A stretch of 60,872 bases of DNA from Kiritimatiellia bacterium (GTDB taxonomy: Bacteria > Verrucomicrobiota > Kiritimatiellia > RFP12 > UBA1067): the NCBI GenBank assembly GCA_045641645.1, contig JAZUHK010000030.1, forward strand, positions 1 through 60,872, written 5' to 3'. The position numbers and the translations under genes were made by a program. This document shows, one piece after another, positions 1 through 7,836 of this stretch; position 1 is the first letter of the stretch, and the number at the start of each line of letters is the position of its first letter. The notes under the pieces were generated by a model that saw nothing but the letters and a program-made list of their open reading frames with translations, ran no database searches and was not told where the DNA came from.

Positions 1-1
1 C

Positions 2-118
2 GACTTGTTGCCGAGACGAAGGCGAAAGACCTATGTCAGGGCGGTCAAACGCAGGCCCAAGCCGTATCCGTTGCTGATGAAATCGCGCGATGAATATGCG
101 CCAGAGGAGGTGAAATGA
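2..118 (+). CDS. 3' end of an unidentified CDS entering from the left edge (partial)
   Basis: Frame 2 is open from the window edge to TGA 116-118. It has host-like G/C-rich third positions (hand count 26 of 38 codons), unlike frame 1. The visible 38 aa (DLLPRRRRKTYVRAVKRRPKPYPLLMKSRDEYAPEEVK) are basic and match no family I recognise. Confidence 0.3.
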   Translation, partial: DLLPRRRRKTYVRAVKRRPKPYPLLMKSRDEYAPEEVK

Positions 119-216
119 CGCTTAAGTTAGCGGCATTCGGGACTGACCCTTGTGATACGGTTCGAGTGATACGGTCGGAATCTAAAGAGGGTCAGCGATG
201 AACGATGCACGGAATG

Positions 217-225
217 TGGTATAAT
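217..225 (+). promoter_or_regulatory. extended -10 box TGGTATAAT
   Basis: Exact TGnTATAAT. In-frame GTG 233 lies 7 nt downstream. The ATG at 224 sits inside the box. Confidence 0.5.
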
Positions 226-874
226 GGCGCGTGTGGAAGGTAGAATCGAGTCAAGGCGTGCGGCGACGGTTATCGTGGCGGCAGGAAGTTTCCCGCGAAA
301 GGGTTCGGCGGCGTGGAGGATCCTCGCGGACGCGAAGCGGGTTGTCGGTTGCGACGGCGCCGCCGCCGCTTATCGGCGGCGATTCGGCAAGTGGCCGGCG
401 GTGATCGTCGGTGACCTTGACAGTTTTCGGCCGCCAGTCGGTTTCAATGCCCAAGCCGCCGGCGCGAGCGAGATCGTCCGCGTTGACGATCAGAATCTGA
501 ACGATCTGGAAAAGGCGCTTCGCTTTTGCGCCGGGCGCGGGTGGCGGAATCCAGTGATCGTCGGCGCGACCGGAAAGCGCGAAGACCATATGCTCGGCAA
601 TGTCTTTAGGGCGCTTGCCTATGGATGTGAGATCGTGACGGACTTCGGCCGCTTCGTTCCAGTTCGCGGCAAGGCGGTCTTGAAGGTTGCGAAGGGCGCG
701 GCGGTTTCCGTTTTCGCGCCCGACCCTAAGACGCGGATGACCTCCAAGGGGCTTAAGTGGCCGCTCAATAAGGTGCAGTTCCGGAATCTTTACTGCGCGA
801 CGCTCAATCGGGCGACGGCGTCACGCATCACGCTAACGGCGACTTGCCCGGTTTCGGTTTACATTGAGGTTTGA
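224..874 (+). CDS. thiN: thiamine pyrophosphokinase
   Basis: 216-aa ORF with the GDLDS motif (AVIVGDLDSF) and the size and layout of TPK catalytic plus B1-binding domains. The true start may be GTG 233 because ATG 224 overlaps the -10 box. Confidence 0.65.
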   Translation: MARVEGRIESRRAATVIVAAGSFPRKGSAAWRILADAKRVVGCDGAAAAYRRRFGKWPAVIVGDLDSFRPPVGFNAQAAGASEIVRVDDQNLNDLEKALRFCAGRGWRNPVIVGATGKREDHMLGNVFRALAYGCEIVTDFGRFVPVRGKAVLKVAKGAAVSVFAPDPKTRMTSKGLKWPLNKVQFRNLYCATLNRATASRITLTATCPVSVYIEV

Positions 875-875
875 C

Positions 876-1214
876 ATGAAGCTGAAGTTGAACGGCATTC
901 AGGTGAACTGCATCATCGGCGAGCGCGCCGACGAGCGGCTGCGCGAGCAAGCACTTGCGGTCGATGTCGAACTGGAGATTCCCGACCGCGCGGCGGAGAC
1001 GGATGAGCTTGCCGATACGGTTGATTACGCCGCGCTCGCTGCGGCGATTCGCACGGCTCTTCGCGAGGCGAAGTGCAGGATGATCGAGCGCGCCGCGAAA
1101 ATCGTCTGCGAGGTCTGCCGTGCGGACGCGAAGGTGCGCTCGGTGACGGCGACGGTGACGAAGGCGGGTGCGGTCCCGGGTCTCGACTCGGCCTCGGCCG
1201 TCTATCGGGAGTGA
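876..1214 (+). CDS. folB: dihydroneopterin aldolase
   Basis: About 112 aa. The N-terminus (KLNGIQVNCIIGERADER...LAVDVELE...DELADTVDYAALA) matches the FolB pattern. ATG 876 follows the upstream stop by 1 nt. Confidence 0.7.
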   Translation: MKLKLNGIQVNCIIGERADERLREQALAVDVELEIPDRAAETDELADTVDYAALAAAIRTALREAKCRMIERAAKIVCEVCRADAKVRSVTATVTKAGAVPGLDSASAVYRE

Positions 1215-1242
1215 TTTTCAGGCACGAAAGGGAGGAGACGGG

Positions 1243-2742
1243 ATGAAGACCTTGCTGATGACCGGTTGCGCCGTGTGCGCGATTACCACATTTGCCGCGA
1301 TGGAGCGCGCGACCCCCGAGTCGCAGGGCGTCGATTCCGCGGCAATCTTGAAATTTATCGACGCGAGCGAAAAGGCCTTCGATGCGGGTCCGGCCGGGGC
1401 GCTTCACGGTTTTGTGATCGTCCGTCACGGCAAGGTGATCGCCGAGGGTAGCTGGAAGCCGTTTGACACCCTGAATGAGACGCATATGCTCTACTCGCAC
1501 TCGAAGAGCTTCACGTCGTCCGCCGTCGGCTTTCTCGCGGACGAGGGGAAGATCGACCTCGACGAGCGCATTGTCGATATCTTCTCGAACGAAGTTCCGG
1601 CGAAGGTGTCGAAGAATCTCGCGCAGCTCCGTGTGCGCGATCTCCTCACGATGAATGTCGGCAAGGATGATCACCTGTTGCGCGGCGGCGGCGGCGACTG
1701 GGTACACCAGTTTCTCGCGAAGAATTTCGTGCGCGAGCCCGGCAAGGGGTTCAAGTACGATTCCGATGCAACCTATATGCTTTCGGTGATCGTCGAGAAG
1801 AAGAGCGGCGAGAAGATGATGGACTACTTAAAGCGCAAGTTGTTCGACCGGATCGGCATCGAAAAGGCGTGGACGACGTATTCCGAGCAGGGCTTCGCCT
1901 GCGGCGGCTGGGGGATGAACATGACGACGCGAGAGCTCGCGCGGTTCGGCCAGCTTTATCTTAATCGCGGCAAGTGGGGGGATGAATACATCCTTTCTCC
2001 GTTCTGGGTGGATCTGGCGACGGCGCGCCACACTTGGAGCGGCTGGCAGAATGTCGGCGTCAAGTCGCTCGGCGAGGGAACGGACTGGGAGCAGGGCTAC
2101 GGCTTCCAGTTTTGGCGCTGTACGCACGGCGCGTATCGCGCGGACGGCGCGGCGGGGCAGCTCACGGTCGTGATGCCGAAGGAGGACATGGTCGTCTCGA
2201 TCCATGCGGGGCTTTCCGACATGCAGAAGGAGCTGCAGCTTATCTGGGACAACCTCCTGCCCGCGGCGAAGGACGCGCCGCTCACCGAGGATCCTGCGGC
2301 ACAGGCAAAGCTCAAGGACCGTCTTGCCAAGCTGGCGATCAAGCCGGTGCGTTGGGATTGCAGCTTTCGGATCGATTGGCAAAGAACTTTCGAGTTCAGG
2401 GATAATTCTCGCGGATTCAAGTCCATCGCCTTCGAGCCTGCCGAGAACGGGAGGGATGTTTGTTGCCGTCTTCAGACGCGCGCCGGGGAGCAGTCCTTCA
2501 TCGCCGGTGCAGGCAAGTGGGAGAAGGGCTCGATCCGCATCGACCCGGAAAATTACGAGGGGCTTGGTGGCTATATCGGCGAGCACAAGGTCGCCGCTTC
2601 GTGTGGTGTTGAGGACGGTCCTACCTTCCATCTGAAGGCCTATCTTACGGGCGACACTGGCTTCCTTGAGTTCAAGATCAAGGACGGCAAGCTCACGGGC
2701 GAGTTCTGGGCAATGAACGGTTGCAAACTGGAGTCGAAATGA
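1243..2742 (+). CDS. beta-lactamase-family serine hydrolase, secreted
   Basis: Signal-like N-terminus [20 protein letters not shown]-x-x-K motif in [17 protein letters not shown] Shine-Dalgarno upstream of ATG 1243. The longer ORF-track start at 1168 overlaps folB and is unlikely. Confidence 0.8.
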   Translation: MKTLLMTGCAVCAITTFAAMERATPESQGVDSAAILKFIDASEKAFDAGPAGALHGFVIVRHGKVIAEGSWKPFDTLNETHMLYSHSKSFTSSAVGFLADEGKIDLDERIVDIFSNEVPAKVSKNLAQLRVRDLLTMNVGKDDHLLRGGGGDWVHQFLAKNFVREPGKGFKYDSDATYMLSVIVEKKSGEKMMDYLKRKLFDRIGIEKAWTTYSEQGFACGGWGMNMTTRELARFGQLYLNRGKWGDEYILSPFWVDLATARHTWSGWQNVGVKSLGEGTDWEQGYGFQFWRCTHGAYRADGAAGQLTVVMPKEDMVVSIHAGLSDMQKELQLIWDNLLPAAKDAPLTEDPAAQAKLKDRLAKLAIKPVRWDCSFRIDWQRTFEFRDNSRGFKSIAFEPAENGRDVCCRLQTRAGEQSFIAGAGKWEKGSIRIDPENYEGLGGYIGEHKVAASCGVEDGPTFHLKAYLTGDTGFLEFKIKDGKLTGEFWAMNGCKLESK

Positions 2743-3206
2743 GCGTTGCGGAAAAACTGGTCGAGCTTCTGAAGGCGCGGGGGCTTACCTGCGCGACGGC
2801 GGAGAGCTGCACGGGCGGCGGAGTCGGGAGCGCCATCACCGCGGTGCCCGGATCAAGTGCCGTATTTATGGGCGGGGTCATCAGTTACGCCAACGAGGTG
2901 AAGCGTGAGGTCCTCGGCGTGAAAGCCGAGACGCTCGCGACAGTAGGCGCAGTCAGCGCCGAGACCGCTGCGCAGATGGCGGAGGGTGCGCGGCGCTTAT
3001 TGAAGACCGATCTCGCCGTGTCGCTTACTGGCATCGCGGGGCCGGACGGCGGCAGTGACGAAAAGCCGGTCGGGCTCGTGTGGTGCGGCCTCGCGACGAA
3101 GGACGGCGTCAGGACCGAGAAGTGCATCTTCCGCGGCGATCGCGCAGAGGTGCGGGAACAAGCGGTCACGCATGCGCTCGGCATGCTGACGATCGGTGCA
3201 ATGTAA
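2739..3206 (+). CDS. pncC: CinA-family nicotinamide-nucleotide amidohydrolase (PncC domain only)
   Basis: [18 protein letters not shown]...SYANEVK...TGIAGPDGG is characteristic of the CinA C-terminal/PncC domain. ATGA overlap with the upstream stop. Confidence 0.85.
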   Translation: MSVAEKLVELLKARGLTCATAESCTGGGVGSAITAVPGSSAVFMGGVISYANEVKREVLGVKAETLATVGAVSAETAAQMAEGARRLLKTDLAVSLTGIAGPDGGSDEKPVGLVWCGLATKDGVRTEKCIFRGDRAEVREQAVTHALGMLTIGAM

Positions 3207-3214
3207 ATAGGTCG

Positions 3215-3865
3215 CTACGGCTTCTTGGGGCTGTGGCAGTAGCTCGCGATCGGGCAGCCGTCGCATTTCGGGCGCACGGGGTGGCAGCGGGTCTGGCCGA
3301 AGCTCACCAAGTGGCTGTTCCAGGTTTTCCAATACTTGACGGGCAGCAGTTGGCGAAGCGCCATCTCCGTCTCGACCGGTTTCGAGGTCTTCACGAGCTT
3401 GAGCCAGTTCGAGATGCGGTGAACATGAACATCTACGCAGATGGCCGGGAGACCGAAGCCGACGGCAACCGTGAGGTTCGCGGTCTTGCGTCCGACGCCG
3501 GGAAGTTCGCAGAGCTCCTCGACGGTGTGCGGCAGGACGCCGTCGAACTTCGCGTCAAGGACGTCGGGTAGCGCTTTCAAGTGCCGCGCCTTGTCGCGGT
3601 AGAATCCCACCGGGAAGATGAGCTTTTCTATCCGTGCGCGCGAAAGCTTGCGCAGTCCCGCCGGGGTGTCGCCGCCGGCGGAGAAGAGACGCCTGACGGC
3701 GCCGGCCGTGCAGGCGTCTTTGGTGCGGGCGGAGAGGATCGTCCCGACGAGCACGCAGAACGGATCGTGGGTCTGGGCTTCGATGAGCTCGATGATCGGC
3801 GCGGCGTGGGTCTTAAATTCCTTTTTCAGCGCTTTGCCGATGGCGGCAATGTCCTTGATGGTCAT
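3215..3865 (-). CDS. nth: endonuclease III (DNA glycosylase/AP lyase)
   Basis: HhH-GPD element (LPGVGRKTANL). C-terminal 4Fe-4S loop C-x6-C-x2-C-x5-C (CHPVRPKCDGCPIASYC). 216 aa. Confidence 0.9.
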   Translation of the reverse strand: MTIKDIAAIGKALKKEFKTHAAPIIELIEAQTHDPFCVLVGTILSARTKDACTAGAVRRLFSAGGDTPAGLRKLSRARIEKLIFPVGFYRDKARHLKALPDVLDAKFDGVLPHTVEELCELPGVGRKTANLTVAVGFGLPAICVDVHVHRISNWLKLVKTSKPVETEMALRQLLPVKYWKTWNSHLVSFGQTRCHPVRPKCDGCPIASYCHSPKKP

Positions 3866-3872
3866 GGCCGAT

Positions 3873-3881
3873 ATTCTACCA
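3873..3881 (-). promoter_or_regulatory. extended -10 box TGGTAGAAT for nth
   Basis: The minus strand reads TGGTAGAAT, ending 7 nt before the nth ATG (3865). No SD can fit in that space. Confidence 0.5.
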
Positions 3882-3917
3882 TATCTGGTGAGGTGGTTGC
3901 TGGTCGGACATTGGCTA

Positions 3918-3926
3918 TGCTATAAT
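3918..3926 (+). promoter_or_regulatory. extended -10 box TGCTATAAT for the YhcH-like gene
   Basis: Exact TGnTATAAT about 40 nt upstream of ATG 3968, with an AAGGAG SD in between. Divergent from the nth promoter. Confidence 0.5.
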
Positions 3927-3967
3927 GCCCCCGAGTTGGTTTTAAAGGAAAAGGAGCAAGCGGAAGT

Positions 3968-4444
3968 ATGAGAGGAGAGAAGGGCGTTTGCGTAATCGGC
4001 GATCTCGGGGAGCTTGGGCAGCTGGCCGCGCTCGGGCCGGGTTTTGCCGCAGCGGCGGCTTTTGCCGCGGAACATGAGCTTGCCGCGCTTAAGCCGGGAC
4101 GGCATGCGATTGACGGCGAGCGGGTCTTCGTCAATTGTGACGAGGTGGAGTTGGTCGAGCCGGCCTCGCGCAAGGTGGAGCTGCACCATCGGTATTTTGA
4201 CATTCATGTGCCACTCTTGGACGAGGAGCTTATCGGGGTTGGGAAGTTTGAGCTGGCCTCGCGCGGCACTTTTGACGCGGAGAGGGACATCGGCTTTTTC
4301 GAGCAGGCGGTAGAGTTTGAGCGGGTCGGGGTCGGCGAGTTCCTGCTTGCCTGGCCGGGGACGTGTGCGCATGCGCCGGCCTGCACGGATGGGGTGCGGC
4401 GGAAGACGCGCAAGCTCATCTTCAAGATTCTCGCTGAGGCATAG
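3968..4444 (+). CDS. YhcH/YjgK/YiaL (DUF386, EbgC-like) family protein
   Basis: 158 aa. The pattern HHRYFDIHVPL...GEFLLAWPGTCAHAP resembles the beta-sandwich YhcH family (HxxY.D.. and ..H.P motifs). Confidence 0.65.
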   Translation: MRGEKGVCVIGDLGELGQLAALGPGFAAAAAFAAEHELAALKPGRHAIDGERVFVNCDEVELVEPASRKVELHHRYFDIHVPLLDEELIGVGKFELASRGTFDAERDIGFFEQAVEFERVGVGEFLLAWPGTCAHAPACTDGVRRKTRKLIFKILAEA

Positions 4445-4486
4445 AGCCGACTTCACTCCGCTCGCTGCCGCTCCCTTCGCTTGTCG
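4400..4486 (+). repeat. 87-bp direct repeat, copy 1 (last 45 nt of the YhcH-like CDS plus 42 nt downstream)
   Basis: Matches 6615-6701 at 84 of 87 positions by hand alignment. Confidence 0.9.
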
Positions 4487-4519
4487 CATTTTCTTCCGCT
4501 TGGCGGCGTAGCGGTTTTT

Positions 4520-4528
4520 TGCTACACT
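4520..4528 (+). promoter_or_regulatory. -10-like box TGCTACACT, duplicate of the box at 6907-6915
   Basis: TTTTGCTACACTAT here versus TTTTGCTATACTAC at 6903-6916. It points into the low-GC insert. Confidence 0.35.
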
Positions 4529-4817
4529 ATTTTCCGTCCTGTGAAAGTCGGGGCGATGCCAATCGGCCTCTCGCCACCTCTAAGCGGGGCGAAGAACGCG
4601 TCACCACGCGGACTTGTTCGTTCAAGCGAAACGTCGAAATTTCACAAAGGAACGACATGTCCTGTGAGGGGTGCGCATGGCCGAACACTCGGCTGGGCGT
4701 GTCTCCTTGCATCCATGTTTTCCTTTAGGGCTTTCGACGGCCTCGCTTGAGAACACGGGTGAAGGAGGCACGCCCGCTTTATTGTTGCCTCTGTTTAAGT
4801 GACAATGGAAAAATCTT

Positions 4818-5291
4818 ATGTCTATAGTGTACACTGCGAGTAATGTGAAAAAGAGAGAATCGGCACTTAGCCAAGTATTATTTCGAGATCCAGGCATGGA
4901 TACGGAAAGAAGTTGGATTTTTCCGCGGGTGTTGAAGTTTTTATATTTTGCCACAATATTTTTAACTCTCATTTGTTCTGCAGCCTATTTGATTATTGGC
5001 ATTATTGGGATTTTACACGATGATTCTTTTGATTCAACGGAAAAATTTCTGATAGTTTGCGGCAGCATTGTTATTTTTCCTATTGCCGTGTTTTGCCTTC
5101 TCATAATTAACCGTATTGTATATGAATGGGCGATCCTTAAATTTAGGATATTTCAAGCATTGCGAGAGGCCGTGGACGGATTAGCTAGTGTTAATAAGTC
5201 GCTCGTTGGCATTTCAAAAGTACAACAAACCGCTGGGCAATATGTTTGCGATATGCTTGCAACGATTAACGATTCATTGGGAGGGTTATGA
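4818..5291 (+). CDS. small membrane protein, unknown function (low-GC insert gene 1)
   Basis: 157 aa. Two long hydrophobic segments (FLYFATIFLTLICSAAYLIIGIIGIL and FLIVCGSIVIFPIAVFCLLII) followed by RIVYEWAILKFRIF, a topology reminiscent of DUF4282. AT-rich codons. ATGA overlap with the next gene. Confidence 0.6.
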   Translation: MSIVYTASNVKKRESALSQVLFRDPGMDTERSWIFPRVLKFLYFATIFLTLICSAAYLIIGIIGILHDDSFDSTEKFLIVCGSIVIFPIAVFCLLIINRIVYEWAILKFRIFQALREAVDGLASVNKSLVGISKVQQTAGQYVCDMLATINDSLGGL

Positions 5292-6604
5292 ATAATTGGC
5301 CATTTTTCATTCTGGGGATTGCTTTTGGTCCTGCGGCGTTTCTATTTGCGTCGGCCAAACAAAAAGGAAGCATTTCTGCTACGATCAAAGGATGTTTTTG
5401 TTTTTTCTTGCTTGTGCTTGTTGGATGGAGGATTTCTGCGAATGTACAGAAAAGGAATGAGGAGCGAGCGCGAGAACGGCAATGTGCATATGAGCATCAA
5501 ATGAAAGTGCAATTGGCTGAAAAGGAACGTTTATTTACCGAGTTGCAGGAAAGAAAGAAAGCCGTTGAATGCTTAAGTAAAGAAATTGGGTTGCCGATAG
5601 ATAATTTTAAGCTTCGGCAGTGGGAATCAATAAGCGAATATGATTCTAAAGAAAAAATAGAGTCCATGCTTAGGGCGGCTAAAGAAGAACACTCGGAATT
5701 GCAAGCTGAACAAGCGAGAATTTTGGAAGAAAAGAAACTCAAAGAAGAATACGAGCAAAATCAAAAGGCATTGGCGCGTGAGATGGCGGCGCGACAAATG
5801 CGTGAAAATGAGAGGCAGGCGGAAGAAATGCGCGTGGCTGAACAAGAAAAATTGGAAGCGGAGAAATTTGCATTTCAAAAGGAGCAGGAGAAATTAAAGG
5901 CGATAGCAAAGAAAATGATCAACAAGCTTGATCTGTCCCCTTCATCTTGTTTGATGTATCATAAGTATCTGGCCAGCAGGATTAGGTCGGGGCGGTTTCC
6001 CCAATCGCTCAAGGAATTGCGAGAGGCAAAAAAACAAGGAGATTATCTCAAATTCCTAAATCTTGCCGCAAAAGATTCTGATTGCGAACATTATGTGCGT
6101 AATGGTGCGATGTATGAGTTCCCAGATCGGGAGGGGATCCAGACGATCTTGGCTTCTTTGCGAGATCGTTTGTTTGAGATAGAGCTTACCTTTCAAGAGG
6201 GGTTTGATGTATCACAAGTTTCTCTTGTGCAACTTCAGGCTGGCGGAGGAATACTAGGAGACGAGTTATTGGAAGATTGCAATTATTCTTGCAGTGGCGG
6301 GATAATGTATGTTCCAATGTCGGTTGGTCGCGGGAAGATGTATTTGATTGAAAAGGGGGCTGCGGCGTTTTTGAATCGAGAGCTTAAACGCATTAAGCAA
6401 AAGCAAGGAAATATGCAAAAAAAGCTGGAGGAGCTTTTGTCAAAAGATGTTTCGTATGACGAGGTACGCGCTTTGCGATTAAAAGCGGAGCAAGATCGTA
6501 TTGGAGAAGAAGCTCGTCGCATGAAGAATGCGAAGCGAGAACATCTCAGGATGAAAAACTATGATCCGCGGTGGGGTAGCGATGCGGGTCGGAGATGGCG
6601 GTGA
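5288..6604 (+). CDS. membrane-anchored coiled-coil protein, unknown function (low-GC insert gene 2)
   Basis: 438 aa. Two N-terminal hydrophobic segments. A roughly 150-aa E/K/Q/R-rich heptad-like region (about nt 5450-5900). C-terminal domain with no motif I recognise. Translationally coupled to gene 1. Confidence 0.6.
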   Translation: MNNWPFFILGIAFGPAAFLFASAKQKGSISATIKGCFCFFLLVLVGWRISANVQKRNEERARERQCAYEHQMKVQLAEKERLFTELQERKKAVECLSKEIGLPIDNFKLRQWESISEYDSKEKIESMLRAAKEEHSELQAEQARILEEKKLKEEYEQNQKALAREMAARQMRENERQAEEMRVAEQEKLEAEKFAFQKEQEKLKAIAKKMINKLDLSPSSCLMYHKYLASRIRSGRFPQSLKELREAKKQGDYLKFLNLAAKDSDCEHYVRNGAMYEFPDREGIQTILASLRDRLFEIELTFQEGFDVSQVSLVQLQAGGGILGDELLEDCNYSCSGGIMYVPMSVGRGKMYLIEKGAAAFLNRELKRIKQKQGNMQKKLEELLSKDVSYDEVRALRLKAEQDRIGEEARRMKNAKREHLRMKNYDPRWGSDAGRRWR

Positions 6605-6614
6605 TATTGAGGAT

Positions 6615-6701
6615 CGGAAGACGCGCAAGCTCATCTTCAAGATTCTCGCCGAGGCATAGAGCCGACTTCACTCCGCTCGCTATCGCTCCCTTCGCTTGTC
6701 G
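6615..6701 (+). repeat. 87-bp direct repeat, copy 2 (orphan copy of the YhcH-like 3' end)
   Basis: Still encodes RKTRKLIFKILAEA-stop in the appropriate frame but has no gene body upstream. 3 mismatches to copy 1. Confidence 0.9.
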
Positions 6702-6835
6702 GGGAGGCGCTCGGATAGCCGGCTTCGCTGCCGCTCCCTTCGCTCGTCGGGGAGGCGCTCGGATAGCCGACATCACTCCTCTCGCTATCGCTTCCTTCGC
6801 TCGCTGCCGCCCCCTTCGCTCGTCGTGGCGGCTTT
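6661..6835. repeat. REP-like tandem hairpin repeats (about 2.5 units of 48-60 bp)
   Basis: GCTCCCTTCGCT(T/C)GTCGGGGAGGCGCTCGGATAGCC occurs at 6685-6720 and 6733-6768, with a third degenerate unit following. Each unit can pair CGCTCCC with GGGAG(G)CG. A related inverted segment lies at 6861-6900. Confidence 0.75.
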
Positions 6836-6906
6836 CCGCTTTCTTTGTTTGTCTGGAGGGCAAGGAGCGGAAGGAGCGAAGCGAGTGGAGCTCCTTGCAT
6901 AAGTTT

Positions 6907-6915
6907 TGCTATACT
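6907..6915 (+). promoter_or_regulatory. extended -10 box TGCTATACT
   Basis: Ends 6 nt before ATG 6922. No SD is possible. Confidence 0.45.
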
Positions 6916-6921
6916 ACCGCC

Positions 6922-7836
6922 ATGGCATCGCACAATCCAGAGGTTGCGCTTCAGCAGCGAGACAAGGCCAGAGCACTCGAGCTTGGCTTAAGCGGTGATG
7001 CCTCCGCCGGGCCCGAACTCTGCAAGCTCGCCAAAAGCCGCTACCCGGAAGTTAGGCGGCTCGCCGCCTCCGCGCTCGGCAAGATCGCCAACGCACCGCC
7101 GACCGCCCTCGTTATCCCCACGCTCTTCTCCCTCGCCACCCAGGACGAGCGCCCGCAGATTCGCCAGTATGCCCTTAAATCGCTCGCCCGCTATCCGCGC
7201 GAGCTCCTCCTCATCATCGACGACCTCAAGGACCTCGCCCGCGATCCGACGCAAAAGGAATACGTTCGCACTGCCGCCGCCGAGGCCGTCGCTGCCGCGC
7301 AAAAGGCGAATCGCGAGCGCCTTGCCGCACAGAACCGCTGGTGCGCCCGTTGTCGGAGAGTCATCACCGAGGAGGAGTACTTCGCCGGCATGGAGCGCTA
7401 CGGCAGGGGCTACTGCCGCCATTGCCTCGACGAGAAGCTGCTGGAGGACCGGAACTTCGAGTCCGTCGTGGACCAGGCGAAGCGACTGCGCACGACCGAC
7501 GGCATCGCCGTCCAGTCCCATGGCGAAAAACGCATCGCCGCGTACCTGACCGCGAAAGATATCGCCTTTACCTACGACGAGCGCTATCGCATCGCGGGCG
7601 ACGCGCGCCTCCGGCCCGATTTCTATCTTCCGGAGTTTGACCTCTACATCGAATACTGGGGCATGAACACGCCCGACTACGAGCGCAACAAGCTCCGTAA
7701 GCGCATCCTCTACCAGCGCGCCGGCAAACGGCTCATCTCCCTCTCCTTTGCGGACGCAGACCGGCTGGAGCAAACACTCGAAGCGAAGCTTTCCAAGTAC
7801 ATTCGTCTGGGACCGGATACGGAAGGGGGTAGATAA
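6922..7836 (+). CDS. HEAT-repeat / zinc-ribbon / PD-(D/E)xK-like nuclease-fold protein
   Basis: N-terminal HEAT-like repeats (PEVRRLAASALGKI, RPQIRQYALKSLARYP). CxxC...CxxC (CARCRR...CRHC). The C-terminal block SHGEKRIAAYL...RPDFYLPEFDLYIEYWGM resembles the restriction-endonuclease-like module found at the N-termini of some SF1 helicases. The ORF-track start at 6595 runs through the repeats and is rejected. Confidence 0.5.
   Translation: MASHNPEVALQQRDKARALELGLSGDASAGPELCKLAKSRYPEVRRLAASALGKIANAPPTALVIPTLFSLATQDERPQIRQYALKSLARYPRELLLIIDDLKDLARDPTQKEYVRTAAAEAVAAAQKANRERLAAQNRWCARCRRVITEEEYFAGMERYGRGYCRHCLDEKLLEDRNFESVVDQAKRLRTTDGIAVQSHGEKRIAAYLTAKDIAFTYDERYRIAGDARLRPDFYLPEFDLYIEYWGMNTPDYERNKLRKRILYQRAGKRLISLSFADADRLEQTLEAKLSKYIRLGPDTEGGR

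Noticed and set aside
118-223. Possible TPP riboswitch upstream of the thiamine pyrophosphokinase gene
   Set aside because: The conserved THI-box elements (CUGAGA and ACCUGAUCUGGAUAAUGCCAGCG-like) are absent. The structure lies upstream of, not downstream of, the predicted -10 box.
4541-4554. GUGAAAGUCGGGGC resembles the RNase P RNA P4 motif GGAAAGUCCGGGC
   Set aside because: The surrounding roughly 250 nt is too short. It lacks the other universally conserved RNase P elements (for example ACAGAAcccGGCUUA). I also saw no tmRNA, SRP or 6S hallmarks, so this is treated as chance similarity.
4400-6701. Looked for an integrase, transposase or terminal inverted repeats to classify the low-GC insert as an IS, transposon or prophage remnant
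   Set aside because: None found. The insert holds only two ORFs, neither with DDE, tyrosine- or serine-recombinase motifs. I therefore report it only as a repeat-flanked insert, not as a named mobile element.
6661-6835. Tandem repeats considered as a CRISPR array
   Set aside because: The units are contiguous and partly overlapping with no unique spacers, they vary in length (48-60 bp), and there are no cas genes in the window.
6595-6921. N-terminal extensions offered by the ORF track (6595 for the HEAT gene, and likewise 1168, 12775, 18022, 28048, 30517, 43658, 45550, 50833, 51821, 54926, 55096, 56805 and 58186)
   Set aside because: The extensions run through repeats, promoters or the preceding gene. 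They encode R/P/G-rich junk and are followed by an internal start with a signal peptide, an SD or a family-typical N-terminus. The shorter starts were used.
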